A program made the position numbers and the translations under genes. 60,347 nt of DNA, from NCBI GenBank assembly GCA_038234375.1, contig JBBSUL010000001.1:1-60347 (forward strand). The letters are read 5' to 3'. This document shows, piece by piece, positions 12,739-22,016 of this stretch (within the stretch, counting starts at the first letter, position 1; the number at the start of each line of letters is the position of its first letter). The notes below the pieces were generated by a model. The model made no database searches and had not been told where the DNA came from. It worked only from the letters and a program-made list of their open reading frames with translations. Source of the DNA: Solirubrobacterales bacterium (GTDB taxonomy: Bacteria; Actinomycetota; Thermoleophilia; Solirubrobacterales; Solirubrobacteraceae).

Positions 12739-14279
12739 CGGGCGCGGTGGCGTCCCACGCCCGTGAGCAGGAGCGTCGCGGGGAGCGAGAGCAGGACCAT
12801 GAGGGCAGCGTAGGGGGCGGCGGCCCCGTAGTTCAGATCGCCGGTCTGGCTCCAGAACGCGGTGGCCAGGGTCCGCGTCCCGGTCGGGGCCAGCAGCAGG
12901 GTCGAGGTCAGTTCGGTGACGACCGCGAGGAACACGAGGGCGGCACCGGCGCCGACACCCGGCGCCATGAGCGGGAGGGTGACACGGCGCAGGCGGGTCA
13001 GCGGCCCGGCCCCGAGGGATGCGGCGACGTCGTCCAGCAGCGGTGGTGCCTGCGCGAGCGCGGCGCGCTGGCTGATGAGCGCGCGCGGCACGTAGAGGAT
13101 CACGTACGCCGTCACGAGCATTGTGGTGGTCTGGTAGAGCGGGCGGGCGTGACGCACGGTGATCGCGATGAGGGCCAGGGCGACGACGATGCCCGGCAGG
13201 GCGCTGCCGATGTACGTCGCGCGTTCCAGCACGGTGCCCAGGATGGACCGGCGGCGGCCGACCAGCCAGGCGACCGGGAGTGCGAGCAGGGAGGTGACGG
13301 CGGCGGCGAGGGCGGCCAGCAGCAGCGACGTCCCCGCGGTGCTCACGAGGTCGCCGAGCGGGAAGGCGGTCGAGGAGCCGGCGATCAGCCAGCGCGTGAG
13401 GCTGCCCAGCGGCACCCCGAGCGCGAGGACGACGAGGCCGGTCACCGCGGCCAGGACCGGCAGCGTCGTCGCGCCGAGGCGCACCGGGGAGGCGGTCCGC
13501 TGGGCCCCGGAGCCGACCCGGGCCAGCTGTCGAGGTCCGCGCAGGCGCAGGTCGGCCATGAGCAGGACCAGGCAGCCGAGGACGAGCACGGAGGCCAGCG
13601 CCGAGGCCTGCGGCCCGTTGAACGTGGACTGGTACTGGTCGTAGATCGCGGTGGTGAAGGTCGGGAAGCGCAGGTTGGCCAGGGCGCCGAACTCGGCCAG
13701 CAGGTGCAGGCCGACGAGCAGGCTGCCGCCCAGCAGGGCGGGCCGCAACTGCGGCAGCACGACCCGCCGGAACGTGGCCATCGGGCCGAGCCCGAGCGCG
13801 CGGGCCGAATCCTCCAGGGCCGGGTCCAGCCCCCGTAGGGCGGCGGCCACCGGGAGGTAGACCAGGGGGTAGTAGGAGAGGGTGACGATGAGCAGGGCTC
13901 CGCCGAACCCCTCCACCGACGAGGTCAGCGACGACCATCCGTAGCTGTTGACGAACGCCGGGACCGCCAGCGGGGCCGCGAGCAGCACGGTGAAGGTCCG
14001 GCGTCCGGGCAGCGACGTGCGCTCCACCGCCCATGCGGCGCCGACGCCGATCACCGCGCTGGCCGCCATCGCGCTCGCGGTCAGGCGGATCGTGTTGCTC
14101 AGCAGCTCACCGGTGCGCGGCCGGTCCAGCAGCCGGTACAGCTCCGCCGGGCCGACGTCCACCGTGAACTGCAGCACGAACCCCAGGGGGATCAGCGTCA
14201 GCAGAACCGCCGGCAGCGCGAGGGCGATTCCGCCCGCGCCACCGCGGGCGGCGCGCAGCCGCCGTCCCGCCCGAGGCAC
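12735..14279 (-). CDS. Fe(III) ABC transporter permease (FbpB-like); start uncertain (14279-14306)
   Basis: Two EAA-type loops (LEDSARALG, LDDVAASLG), many TM segments. Confidence 0.9.
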   Translation of the reverse strand: MPRAGRRLRAARGGAGGIALALPAVLLTLIPLGFVLQFTVDVGPAELYRLLDRPRTGELLSNTIRLTASAMAASAVIGVGAAWAVERTSLPGRRTFTVLLAAPLAVPAFVNSYGWSSLTSSVEGFGGALLIVTLSYYPLVYLPVAAALRGLDPALEDSARALGLGPMATFRRVVLPQLRPALLGGSLLVGLHLLAEFGALANLRFPTFTTAIYDQYQSTFNGPQASALASVLVLGCLVLLMADLRLRGPRQLARVGSGAQRTASPVRLGATTLPVLAAVTGLVVLALGVPLGSLTRWLIAGSSTAFPLGDLVSTAGTSLLLAALAAAVTSLLALPVAWLVGRRRSILGTVLERATYIGSALPGIVVALALIAITVRHARPLYQTTTMLVTAYVILYVPRALISQRAALAQAPPLLDDVAASLGAGPLTRLRRVTLPLMAPGVGAGAALVFLAVVTELTSTLLLAPTGTRTLATAFWSQTGDLNYGAAAPYAALMVLLSLPATLLLTGVGRHRAR

Positions 14280-14302
14280 CCCAACCGTGGCGGACGGCGA
14301 GC

Positions 14303-15346
14303 TCAGAGGATGCCCGCGTCCTGCATCAGCGTCACGACCTGCCGGTTGTTGAGCTCGTCCGGGTCGACCACGGGCGCCTTCAGGGTGGCCAGCGGCGGCA
14401 GGGCGTCGTTCGCGGGCACCCCGCTGGCGATCGTGTACTCCAGTGCGGTGCTGTCGGCCAGGACCTGCTGGCCGCGCTTGCCGGTGAGGAAGGCGACCAG
14501 GCGCTGGGCGGCCTCGGCGCGCTTGCTGGACTTCAGCACCCCGGCGCCGGACACGCTGGTGAACGCGCCGGGGTCGCCCGCGCCGAAGAAGTGCAGCTTG
14601 GTGTTCTTGGAATCCGCGCCGGACTCCGCCTGGTCCTGGAACCAGGAGTAGTGGTAGATGACGCCACCCTCGATGTCCCCCTTGTTGACCGCGGACATGA
14701 CCTTCGAGTTGCCCTGGTAGGCCACGGCGTTGCGCTTGAGACCGGTCAGCCACGCCTTCGTGGCGGCCGGCCCCTTGAGCGCCAGCACGGCGCTGACGAT
14801 CGCCTGGAAGTCCGCACCGGTCGGCGAGTAGCCGAAGCGCCCCTTCCAGCGCGGGTCGGCAAGGTCCATGATCGAGGTCGGCAGGCCCTTGGCGGCCGGC
14901 TTGCCGGTGTTGTAGACGAAGACCGTCTGGCGAGCCGCAAACCCGACCCACTCGTTGTCGGCGGGCCGGTAGCGCGCCGGCACCTGACCGACCGTGGTCG
15001 GGGAGACCGGGGTGAACAGCTTCGCGTTGTCGACCAGCGTCATGGCCGGTGAGTTCTCGGTCACGAACACGTCGGCCGGTGACCGGTCACCCTCCTGCAC
15101 CAGCTGGTTGGCCATCTCCAGATCGTCGCCGTTGCGCATGTTGACCTTGATGCCGGTCTCCTTGGTGAAGGCGTCGGTCATCTCCTTGAGCAGATCCTCG
15201 TGCTGGGCGTTGTAGAGCGTCACGCTCTGGGCCGACGGCGAACCGGTGCCGGACGAGCCGCCGTCGTCGGACCCGCAGGCAGCGACGGTCAGGGCGGCGG
15301 CGACGGTGGCGGCGGCGAGGCATGTGGTCCGGGACAGTCGTGGCAT
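14303..15346 (-). CDS. Fe(III) ABC transporter substrate-binding lipoprotein (FbpA/FutA-like)
   Basis: Lipobox VAAC, YNAQH, EG..SPADVF, IYHY. Confidence 0.92.
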   Translation of the reverse strand: MPRLSRTTCLAAATVAAALTVAACGSDDGGSSGTGSPSAQSVTLYNAQHEDLLKEMTDAFTKETGIKVNMRNGDDLEMANQLVQEGDRSPADVFVTENSPAMTLVDNAKLFTPVSPTTVGQVPARYRPADNEWVGFAARQTVFVYNTGKPAAKGLPTSIMDLADPRWKGRFGYSPTGADFQAIVSAVLALKGPAATKAWLTGLKRNAVAYQGNSKVMSAVNKGDIEGGVIYHYSWFQDQAESGADSKNTKLHFFGAGDPGAFTSVSGAGVLKSSKRAEAAQRLVAFLTGKRGQQVLADSTALEYTIASGVPANDALPPLATLKAPVVDPDELNNRQVVTLMQDAGIL

Positions 15347-15406
15347 GAGCGAGGTTCTTTCCGCAGGAGTGAGGGTGCAGGCCCGCGCTGGTCGGTGCCG
15401 AGCGCA

Positions 15407-15450
15407 TCGGGTTAGGCAACCCTACATGACCGCGCGTTAGGGTGCCCGAA
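15407..15450. promoter_or_regulatory. Tandem IdeR/DtxR-like iron boxes
   Basis: TCGGGTTAGGCAACCCTAC (15407-15425) matches 14/19 of TTAGGTTAGGCTAACCTAA; a weaker GTTAGGGTGCCCGAA copy follows; upstream of the iron ABC operon. Confidence 0.7.
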
Positions 15451-15832
15451 CTGGGTACGGGCGAAAGGTCGGCTCGCGGGTTCGCCCGGGCAGCAGGAGC
15501 GAGAGCAGTCCGGCGGCGAGGACGAATGCCGAGGACGCCCACAGGCAGGCCTGCAGTCCGTGCCACTGGTAGAGGGCTCCCGACAGGACGGTGCCCGCGA
15601 GGCGGCCGAAGGCGTTGGCCATGTAGTAGAAGCCGACGTTCATCGCGACCTTGTCCGAGTCCGCGTAGGCGAGGATGAGGTAGGAGTGCACGGCGGAGTT
15701 CAGGGCGAACACGACGCCGAAGAGCAGCAGGCCCACGACGACCACGGCCGCAGGGTCGATGTCCGAGCGCGATCAGCGCCGGGAACGCGGCAGCACGAAG
15801 GCCAGGCGCGTGGCGCTGCCGATCCGCGTCAT
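15437..15832 (-). pseudogene. arsJ: ArsJ-type organoarsenical efflux MFS, C-terminal remnant
   Basis: FALNSAVHSYLILAY...VGFYYMANAFGRLAGTVLSG is the ArsJ C-terminus; most of the gene is missing and there are frameshifts near 15760-15795. Confidence 0.8.
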
Positions 15833-15847
15833 GGCCCGGTCGGCGCC

Positions 15848-16627
15848 TCAGCCGGCGGGCTTCACGGCCCGGACGATCGCCGCGGCGGCCTGGTCGTGGA
15901 CGCGGTGCGTCTCGCGGATCTCGACGTCCTGCAGGCCGGCGGCGGCCAGCGCCAGCGTGAACTCATCGCGGGTCAGCGCCCCGGCGATGCAGCCGGTCCA
16001 GGCGGCGGCGTCCGCACGGGTCGCCGCGTCCATGTCCTCGTCGGCGATCACGTCCGAGACGGCGAACCGGCCGCCGGGCCGCAGGACGCGGGCGACCTCG
16101 CGCAGGACCTGCGCCTTGTCGGCGGAGAGGTTGATGACGCAGTTGGAGATGACGACGTCGACCGATCCGTCGGCCAGCGGGATGCGCTCGATCTCGCCCT
16201 TGACGAACTCGACGTTGTCCAGCCCGGCGGCCGCGGCGTTCGCGCGCGCGAGGGCGAGCATCTCGTCGGTCATGTCCAGGCCGATCACACGGCCAGTCGG
16301 GCCGACGCGCCCGGCGCTGATGAACACGTCGCTGCCGGCGCCCGACCCGAGGTCCAGGACGGTCTCGCCCTCGTGCAGGTCGGCGACGGCGGTCGGGGCC
16401 CCGCAGCCCAGGGAGCCCGCGAGCGCGGACGCGGCGACCGCGGTGTCCTGCCCGGCGTAGTGGACGTCGCCGAACACCTGCGTGCCCGACGCGTCGGTCA
16501 GCGGCACCTCGGCGGGACCGCAGCACGAGGCCGGCGCCGCGGATCCCGCCGCCGCTGCCCGCGCGGCGGCGGCGTACGTCTCACGGACCGTCTCGCGGAC
16601 GGTCTCAGGGTCACTCAGGTCAGCCAT
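15848..16627 (-). CDS. arsM: Arsenite methyltransferase
   Basis: SCCG, SLGCGAP, LDLGSGAG, SNCVINL, WTGCIAGAL. Confidence 0.93.
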   Translation of the reverse strand: MADLSDPETVRETVRETYAAAARAAAAGSAAPASCCGPAEVPLTDASGTQVFGDVHYAGQDTAVAASALAGSLGCGAPTAVADLHEGETVLDLGSGAGSDVFISAGRVGPTGRVIGLDMTDEMLALARANAAAAGLDNVEFVKGEIERIPLADGSVDVVISNCVINLSADKAQVLREVARVLRPGGRFAVSDVIADEDMDAATRADAAAWTGCIAGALTRDEFTLALAAAGLQDVEIRETHRVHDQAAAAIVRAVKPAG

Positions 16628-16968
16628 GCGGTCAGCTCCTTCAGCGCCTCGGGGCGCAGGTAGTAGTACGTCCATGTGCCGCGGCGCTCGGCGCCGAGGA
16701 CGCCCGCGGAGACCAGCACCTTCAGGTGCTTGGCCACCGCGGCCTGGGACATGGGGAACAGCGGCAGCAGCTCGCACTGGCACAGGGCCTCGGGGTCGGC
16801 CTTGCGCACCGCGTCGACGATCCGCAGCCGGGTGGGGTCCGCCAGCGCCTTGACCACGGTCGCCAGCCCGATGGCCTCCGCGGCTTCGAGATCGGGGACC
16901 ACGGCCGCCTCGCAGCAGCCGCCCGCCTGGCGCTCGCGGGGGGACATGACGGGGGCGGTCGCGGTCAC
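16615..16968 (-). CDS. arsR: ArsR family repressor
   Basis: KALADPTRLRI, LCQCEL, SQ.AV.KHLKVL, ERRGTW.YY; N-terminal CC. Confidence 0.9.
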   Translation of the reverse strand: MTATAPVMSPRERQAGGCCEAAVVPDLEAAEAIGLATVVKALADPTRLRIVDAVRKADPEALCQCELLPLFPMSQAAVAKHLKVLVSAGVLGAERRGTWTYYYLRPEALKELTAWLT

Positions 16969-16985
16969 GCGACCAACCATACACA

Positions 16986-17014
16986 ACCAAACGGCTATGA
17001 CATAGCCGTCTGGT
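16986..17014. promoter_or_regulatory. Probable ArsR operator
   Basis: ACCAAACGGCTATG-A-CATAGCCGTCTGGT inverted repeat just upstream of arsR. Confidence 0.7.
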
Positions 17015-17065
17015 GGTGGCTTTGGAGCGCCCCGGTGCGGGCCGTCGGCCTGTCACGCTGGGTCC

Positions 17066-17464
17066 ATGACCTGGTGGCAGTGGGCGCTGATCGTTGGCGG
17101 CGCTGGGCTGGCCGTCTACGCGGCGTTCGTCGCCGGCCTGCTGCTCGCCGGCCGCCGCACCGACGCGCGTGCCCTCGCCGGGGTGGTCCCGGACTGCGTC
17201 GTGCTCGTGCGCCGCCTGCTGGCCGACGAGCGCGTCCCACGTACCGACAAGCTCCTGCTCGCCGCGCTGGTCGCCTATCTCGTGATGCCGCTGGACCTCG
17301 TGCCCGACGTCATCCCCGTCGCCGGACAGCTGGACGATGTGCTGCTCGTCGTCCTCGTCCTGCGCCGCCTGGCCCGGACCGCCGGGTCAGAGCTGCTGCG
17401 CGAGCACTGGCCCGGGCCCGAGGCGTCACTGCGGGTCCTGCTGCGCGTGGCCGCCGGCGGCTAG
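17066..17464 (+). CDS. YkvA/DUF1232 family membrane protein
   Basis: YLVMPLDLVPDVIPVAGQLDD. Confidence 0.9.
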   Translation: MTWWQWALIVGGAGLAVYAAFVAGLLLAGRRTDARALAGVVPDCVVLVRRLLADERVPRTDKLLLAALVAYLVMPLDLVPDVIPVAGQLDDVLLVVLVLRRLARTAGSELLREHWPGPEASLRVLLRVAAGG

Positions 17465-17530
17465 GCTTGCGAGCATGGACGACCGCAGCCAGGGGTCGCG
17501 AGCGCGCTGCGCGTGGCACGAGGCGGGGCG

Positions 17531-17925
17531 GTGAACCCGCAGACGCAGCCGGCCCCGGCCGCCGTCCGGGCCCGCGCCCCGGTCGGTCCGCCGCCCGCCG
17601 AGCGCGACCGGCTCATCCGGCAGGCCAAGGCGCTGTCGTGGCTCAGCCTGGCGTGGATGACCGTCGAGGGCGCGGTCGCAATCACCGCCGCGCTCGCCGC
17701 CGGGTCGCGCTGCTGGGCTTCGGCATCGACTCGGCGATCGAAGGCCTGGCGTCGGTCATCATCATCTGGCGCTTCACCGGCGCCCGCCGGCTCTCCGACG
17801 ACGCCGAGCAGCGCGCGCAGAAGCTCGTCGCCGTCAGCTTCTTCCTGCTGGCACCGTACGTCGCGCAGGACGCCGTGCGCACGCTGGTGGCCGGTGAGCA
17901 CCCGTCGACCAGCTGGGTCGGCTAG
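17531..17925 (+). pseudogene. Cation (CDF-like) transporter, frameshifted and 3'-truncated
   Basis: W..VEGAVA...AGS / VALLGFGIDSAIEGLAS...; frameshift ~17705; ends abruptly at the convergent TetR stop. Confidence 0.75.
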
Positions 17926-18509
17926 TAGGCGTCGGACAACGAGGTCATCCGCCCGATCGTGGCGAGGCTCGCGAGAACCTGCTCGGCGCTGATCGCCGCG
18001 TCGGGGTTGATGAGCCATTGGATCGCCAGGCCGTCGAACAGCGCGATCAGCGTCGACGCGAGCGCCGACACCTCGTCCGATGGCGCGTCGCCGTCTTCAG
18101 CCGGGGGCTGCAGGCCTGCCGCCACGACCCCGCGGAACTCACCGTAGGCGTCGGCGAGCCGCGCTCGCAACTCGTCGCTGCGCTCGGCCTGCGCGAAGGC
18201 CTCAGCGGCGGCCACGACGTACGCGCGATCCTCGGCGAGGGTGGACAGGAACCGGTCCAGGCTGCGGCCCAGCCGCTGGGCGGGGGGTGCGTCGGTCACG
18301 TGCGGGGCGGTCATCGTGGTCTGGCCCCAGCGTCGCAGCGCCTCGACGACCGCGTCGTGCAGCAGGCGCTCCTTGGACCCGAAGTAGTAGTTGACCGCCG
18401 GGAGGTGCAGCCCCGCCGCCGCCACGATCCGCCGCGTAGTGGTCTGTGCGTACCCGTGTTCCTGCAGGCAGCTGATAGCGGCCTCCAAGAGGCGCTCTCG
18501 CGGATCCAT
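17922..18509 (-). CDS. TetR family regulator
   Basis: N-terminal HTH: RERLLEAA...GYAQTTTRRI...VNYYFGSKERL. Confidence 0.93.
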   Translation of the reverse strand: MDPRERLLEAAISCLQEHGYAQTTTRRIVAAAGLHLPAVNYYFGSKERLLHDAVVEALRRWGQTTMTAPHVTDAPPAQRLGRSLDRFLSTLAEDRAYVVAAAEAFAQAERSDELRARLADAYGEFRGVVAAGLQPPAEDGDAPSDEVSALASTLIALFDGLAIQWLINPDAAISAEQVLASLATIGRMTSLSDAY

Positions 18510-18520
18510 GGAGGTGATGG

Positions 18521-18545
18521 TAACAAGCGTTTGTAACGCTTGTTA
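18521..18545. promoter_or_regulatory. Probable TetR operator
   Basis: Perfect TAACAAGCGTT-TGT-AACGCTTGTTA between divergent tetR and P450. Confidence 0.8.
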
Positions 18546-18555
18546 GGCTCACGCC

Positions 18556-19911
18556 ATGTCCCCGGCACCGCCGTCCGCCCGAGAGCCCTCGAAGCTGCCC
18601 CTCCCCGGGCTCGCCCAGATGGCCCTACTCGCCGCGTTCCCGGTTGGGTACCTGGAGCTCTGCCGGCGCCGCCTCGGGCCCGTCTTCCGGGTCCCGTACC
18701 CAGGGTCGCCTCCGTTCGCCTTCGTCGCCGACCCGCAGCTCGCGCGCGACCTGTACGGACACGACCGCGAGGTCGGACGCGCCGGCGAAGCACGCGCGCC
18801 GTTCCTGACCCCGCTGGTCGGCGATGCGTCCCTGCTGTGCCTCGAGGGCGACGCGTGGAGGCGGCAGCGCGAGCTCATCGCGCCGGCGCTGCACGGCGAT
18901 CGGGTCGTGCGCTGGCGCGAGGCGATCGGACAGATCACAAACGCCGAAATGGACCACTGGCAGCCGGGCCAGTCCTTCGCGCTGCGTCCTCGCATGCAGG
19001 CGATCACACTCGAGGTCATCCTGCGGCTGGTGTTCGGGGTGCAGGATGCCGGACGCCTCGAGCAGCTCCGCGCGGCGGTGCCCAGGTTGCTGGACCGGGC
19101 GTCGGTCGCGCTTCTCATCCCCGGTCTGCGTCGACGGCTCGAGCAGCCGGCGCTGACGCGGCTGCCCGGCAACCCGGTCCGGGCCTTCACGCGTCTGCGC
19201 GGCGAGGTCGACGCGCTGCTGTACGCGGAGATCGCCCGCCGGCGTGCCGAAGGGCGCGACCGCCTGCAGGAGCGGGACGACCTGCTGTCCGTCCTCATGG
19301 CCAGTCAGGACGAGGACGGCGAGGCGATGACCGATTCCGAGCTGCGCGATGAGCTGATCACGCTGCTGTTCGCCGGTCACGAGACGACGTCGACCGCCCT
19401 GGCGTGGACGTTCGAGCGGCTCGTGCGCTACCCGGACGCCCTGCGCGCCCTGCGCGACGATCTCGCCGCGGGTGGGAGCGGCTACCTCGACGCCGTCATC
19501 AAGGAGACGCTGCGCGCCCGCCCGGTCGTCTTCGACACGCCGCGCTCGCTCAGCCAACCGCTCGTCCTCGGCGACTACCTGCTCCCCGAGGGCTGGCTGG
19601 TCGCGCCGGCCATCCCGCTCGTGCACCGGGACGCCGAGCTGTTTCCCGACCCCGACGATTTCAGGCCCGAGCGCTTCCTGACCGACAGCCCGCCGGTCGC
19701 AGGGTGGATCCCCTTCGGCGGCGGCCAGCGGCGGTGCGTCGGATCACGGCTGGCGATGCTAGAGCTGCAGACGATCGTTGCCGCCGTGGTGACCCGCTTC
19801 GAGCTCACGGCGACCCGCCCGGCGGCCGAGCGCCAACGCGTCCGGGCCGTCACTCTGACCCCCGCGAACGGGGCACGCGTCACGCTCGGTCGGCGCCTCG
19901 GCGGTGGCTGA
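18556..19911 (+). CDS. Cytochrome P450
   Basis: AGHETT, ETLR, PERF, FGGGQRRCVG. Confidence 0.96.
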   Translation: MSPAPPSAREPSKLPLPGLAQMALLAAFPVGYLELCRRRLGPVFRVPYPGSPPFAFVADPQLARDLYGHDREVGRAGEARAPFLTPLVGDASLLCLEGDAWRRQRELIAPALHGDRVVRWREAIGQITNAEMDHWQPGQSFALRPRMQAITLEVILRLVFGVQDAGRLEQLRAAVPRLLDRASVALLIPGLRRRLEQPALTRLPGNPVRAFTRLRGEVDALLYAEIARRRAEGRDRLQERDDLLSVLMASQDEDGEAMTDSELRDELITLLFAGHETTSTALAWTFERLVRYPDALRALRDDLAAGGSGYLDAVIKETLRARPVVFDTPRSLSQPLVLGDYLLPEGWLVAPAIPLVHRDAELFPDPDDFRPERFLTDSPPVAGWIPFGGGQRRCVGSRLAMLELQTIVAAVVTRFELTATRPAAERQRVRAVTLTPANGARVTLGRRLGGG

Positions 19912-19966
19912 CCGCTTTGCGCTGGTCAGATGTCCGGGTTGACGGGAACCTGTTCGGACCTGCGAG

Positions 19967-20611
19967 TCAGGCCGCCTGCCCGCGGATCGTCTGCGCCGAG
20001 TGCCAGGTGATCTGCAGGATCACGAGGGTGATGACCAGCCCGATCAGCGGGTCCCCGAGCGGGAAGCCGAGCGCCACGACCGCCGCGCTGCCGACGACCG
20101 ACAGGCTCACCAGCCCATCGACGCGGGCGTGCTGACCGTCGGCGACGAGAGCGGGGCTGTCCAGGCGGGCGCCGGCGCGCAGGCGGACCTGGGCGGCGAG
20201 CTCGTTGCCCAGGAACCCGACGAGACCCGCGAACGCGAGGGCGCCGAGGTGGCGCAGGTCGGTGGGGTGCACCAGGCGGCTGACCGCCTCGAAGGCGGCC
20301 ACGCACGCGCTGACGAAGATGGTCGCGACGACGAAGTACCCGGCGCTGCGCTCGGCGACGAACGACCGCAGGGCGAAGGCGATGGCCAGCGGGATCGCCG
20401 TCAACGCGTCTCCGGCGTTGTGAATGAGGTCGGCCAGCAGCGCGACGCTGTCGGTGGCCAGGAACACGACCGTCTGCAGGGCGGCGGTGGCCAGCAGGAT
20501 CGCCAGGCTGGCGCCGACGGCGCGCATGCCCTCACGCGAGCGCACGATCGAGCGGTCGACGAGGCCGTGGCTGTGCCCGTGCCCGTGGTGGTGCGTGTGG
20601 TCCGGGGTCAT
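19967..20611 (-). CDS. Cation diffusion facilitator (TM domain only)
   Basis: His-rich N-terminus, SVALLADLIHNAGD, ADGQHARVD. Confidence 0.88.
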   Translation of the reverse strand: MTPDHTHHHGHGHSHGLVDRSIVRSREGMRAVGASLAILLATAALQTVVFLATDSVALLADLIHNAGDALTAIPLAIAFALRSFVAERSAGYFVVATIFVSACVAAFEAVSRLVHPTDLRHLGALAFAGLVGFLGNELAAQVRLRAGARLDSPALVADGQHARVDGLVSLSVVGSAAVVALGFPLGDPLIGLVITLVILQITWHSAQTIRGQAA

Positions 20612-20979
20612 GAGGCGACCGCCTCGGCCGGGTGCACGCGCTGCGAGACCCCGAGCGCGAGGTGCTGGACGTGGAAGATCGCCTGGTCCAGGAGCTCGGC
20701 GACATGGGTGTCGTGCAGCGCGTAGAACACCTGCTTGCCTTGCCGGTCTGCTACCACGAAGCCGAGCTGCCGCAGTGATCGCAGCTGGTGGGAGACCGCC
20801 GAGGCCTCCATGTCGACCGCGTCGGCCAGCGCCCCGACCGAGCAACTCCCTTCGCGCAGGCGGCCCAGGATCTGCACGCGGCTCGGGCTGGCGAGCATCT
20901 GCATCCGGGTCGCCACCTCGCGCGCAAGGGTCGCGTCGATCACCTCTGGTGGGGTGTGTTCTCCGGTGCGATGGCTCAT
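20608..20979 (-). CDS. ArsR/SmtB family metal sensor (NmtR/SmtB-like alpha5 site)
   Basis: SAVSHQLRSLR, R.GKQVFY, DTHV...FHVQH. Confidence 0.88.
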   Translation of the reverse strand: MSHRTGEHTPPEVIDATLAREVATRMQMLASPSRVQILGRLREGSCSVGALADAVDMEASAVSHQLRSLRQLGFVVADRQGKQVFYALHDTHVAELLDQAIFHVQHLALGVSQRVHPAEAVAS

Positions 20980-21006
20980 CTGCATACATGATAGTAAGTT
21001 CAGATG
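20977..21006. promoter_or_regulatory. Possible SmtB-type operator
   Basis: CATCTG...CAGATG imperfect inverted repeat in an AT-rich patch at the regulator start. Confidence 0.45.
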
Positions 21007-21037
21007 TTCACTCCTACCCCGGAGTCGACTTCGGGCC

Positions 21038-21180
21038 GCCGACGGCCCGTCGACGTCGTGGTCAGCGCGTGGGTCATCGAGACCGTGGCCGACCCGCTGG
21101 CCGCCGTCACCGAGCTCCTGCGCGTGCTCGCACACGATGGCTTCGTCGTCTATGGGGTTTGGCTTCCGTATCGACTGTAG
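21038..21180 (+). pseudogene. Class I SAM methyltransferase fragment
   Basis: ADGP/(F)DVVVSAWVIETVADPLAAVTELLRVLAHDG; no N-terminus. Confidence 0.55.
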
Positions 21181-21347
21181 ATACGGGGCCCGGCACGGGA
21201 AGCGGGGGCACCCACACACTCACCGCGGACAACTACGGATCTCCGCGATGCCCGGGGTCTGAGCAATGGGCCAGGACCAGAGGCCGAGCCCGTGGGCCCG
21301 AGCGCGCAGCGCGATACCACGCACTACAGACTGTAGGATCAACGTCG

Positions 21348-22016
21348 ATGGCCGACCCTCGCCACACCTTCGTCTTCGCCGACCTCTCCGGCTACACGGC
21401 GCTGACCGAGGCGCACGGGGACGATGCCGCCGCCGACACCGTCGAGCAGTTCTGCGCCTTCGCGTGCGAGCGCCTGGACGCCCGCGGGGCCGAGCGGGTC
21501 AAGGGCATCGGTGACGCGCTCATGCTGCGCTGCGAGGACGCCGCCGACGGCCTGCGGCTGGGGGTGGAGCTCGTGTGGGGGATCGGCCGACGGCATGGCT
21601 TCCCCCGGGTGCGGGTCGGCGTCCACACCGGACCGGCCGTCCGGCGGCGCGGCGACTGGTTCGGGGCGGCCGTCAACCTGGCCGCCCGCATCGCCGACGC
21701 CGCCGAGGGCGGGCACCTGCTCTGCTCGCAGGCCACCGCCGAGGCGGCGACCGCCGACTCGGCGCTGCTGCTCACCGCTGCGCGCGTCCGGACGTTCAAG
21801 AACGTTGGCGACCCGGTCGCCCTGTGGGAGGTCACCCCCGTCGGCCTGGACATCGAGGGCGTGTGGCCGGTCGATCCGGTCTGCCGCATGGTCGTGGATC
21901 CGGCCCAGGCCAACGACCGGCTCGTGGTCGAAGGGGTGACCGTCGTGTTCTGCTCTCCGGCGTGCGCGGCGCGCTATGCACGTCTGCGCGGTGCTCCGGC
22001 GGCCGCCACGCCGTGA
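21348..22016 (+). CDS. Class III adenylate/guanylate cyclase fused to a YHS domain
   Basis: FADLSGYTALTE, VKGIGD, GVHTG, GAAVNLAARI; C-terminal DPVCRM...FCSPAC. Confidence 0.9.
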   Translation: MADPRHTFVFADLSGYTALTEAHGDDAAADTVEQFCAFACERLDARGAERVKGIGDALMLRCEDAADGLRLGVELVWGIGRRHGFPRVRVGVHTGPAVRRRGDWFGAAVNLAARIADAAEGGHLLCSQATAEAATADSALLLTAARVRTFKNVGDPVALWEVTPVGLDIEGVWPVDPVCRMVVDPAQANDRLVVEGVTVVFCSPACAARYARLRGAPAAATP

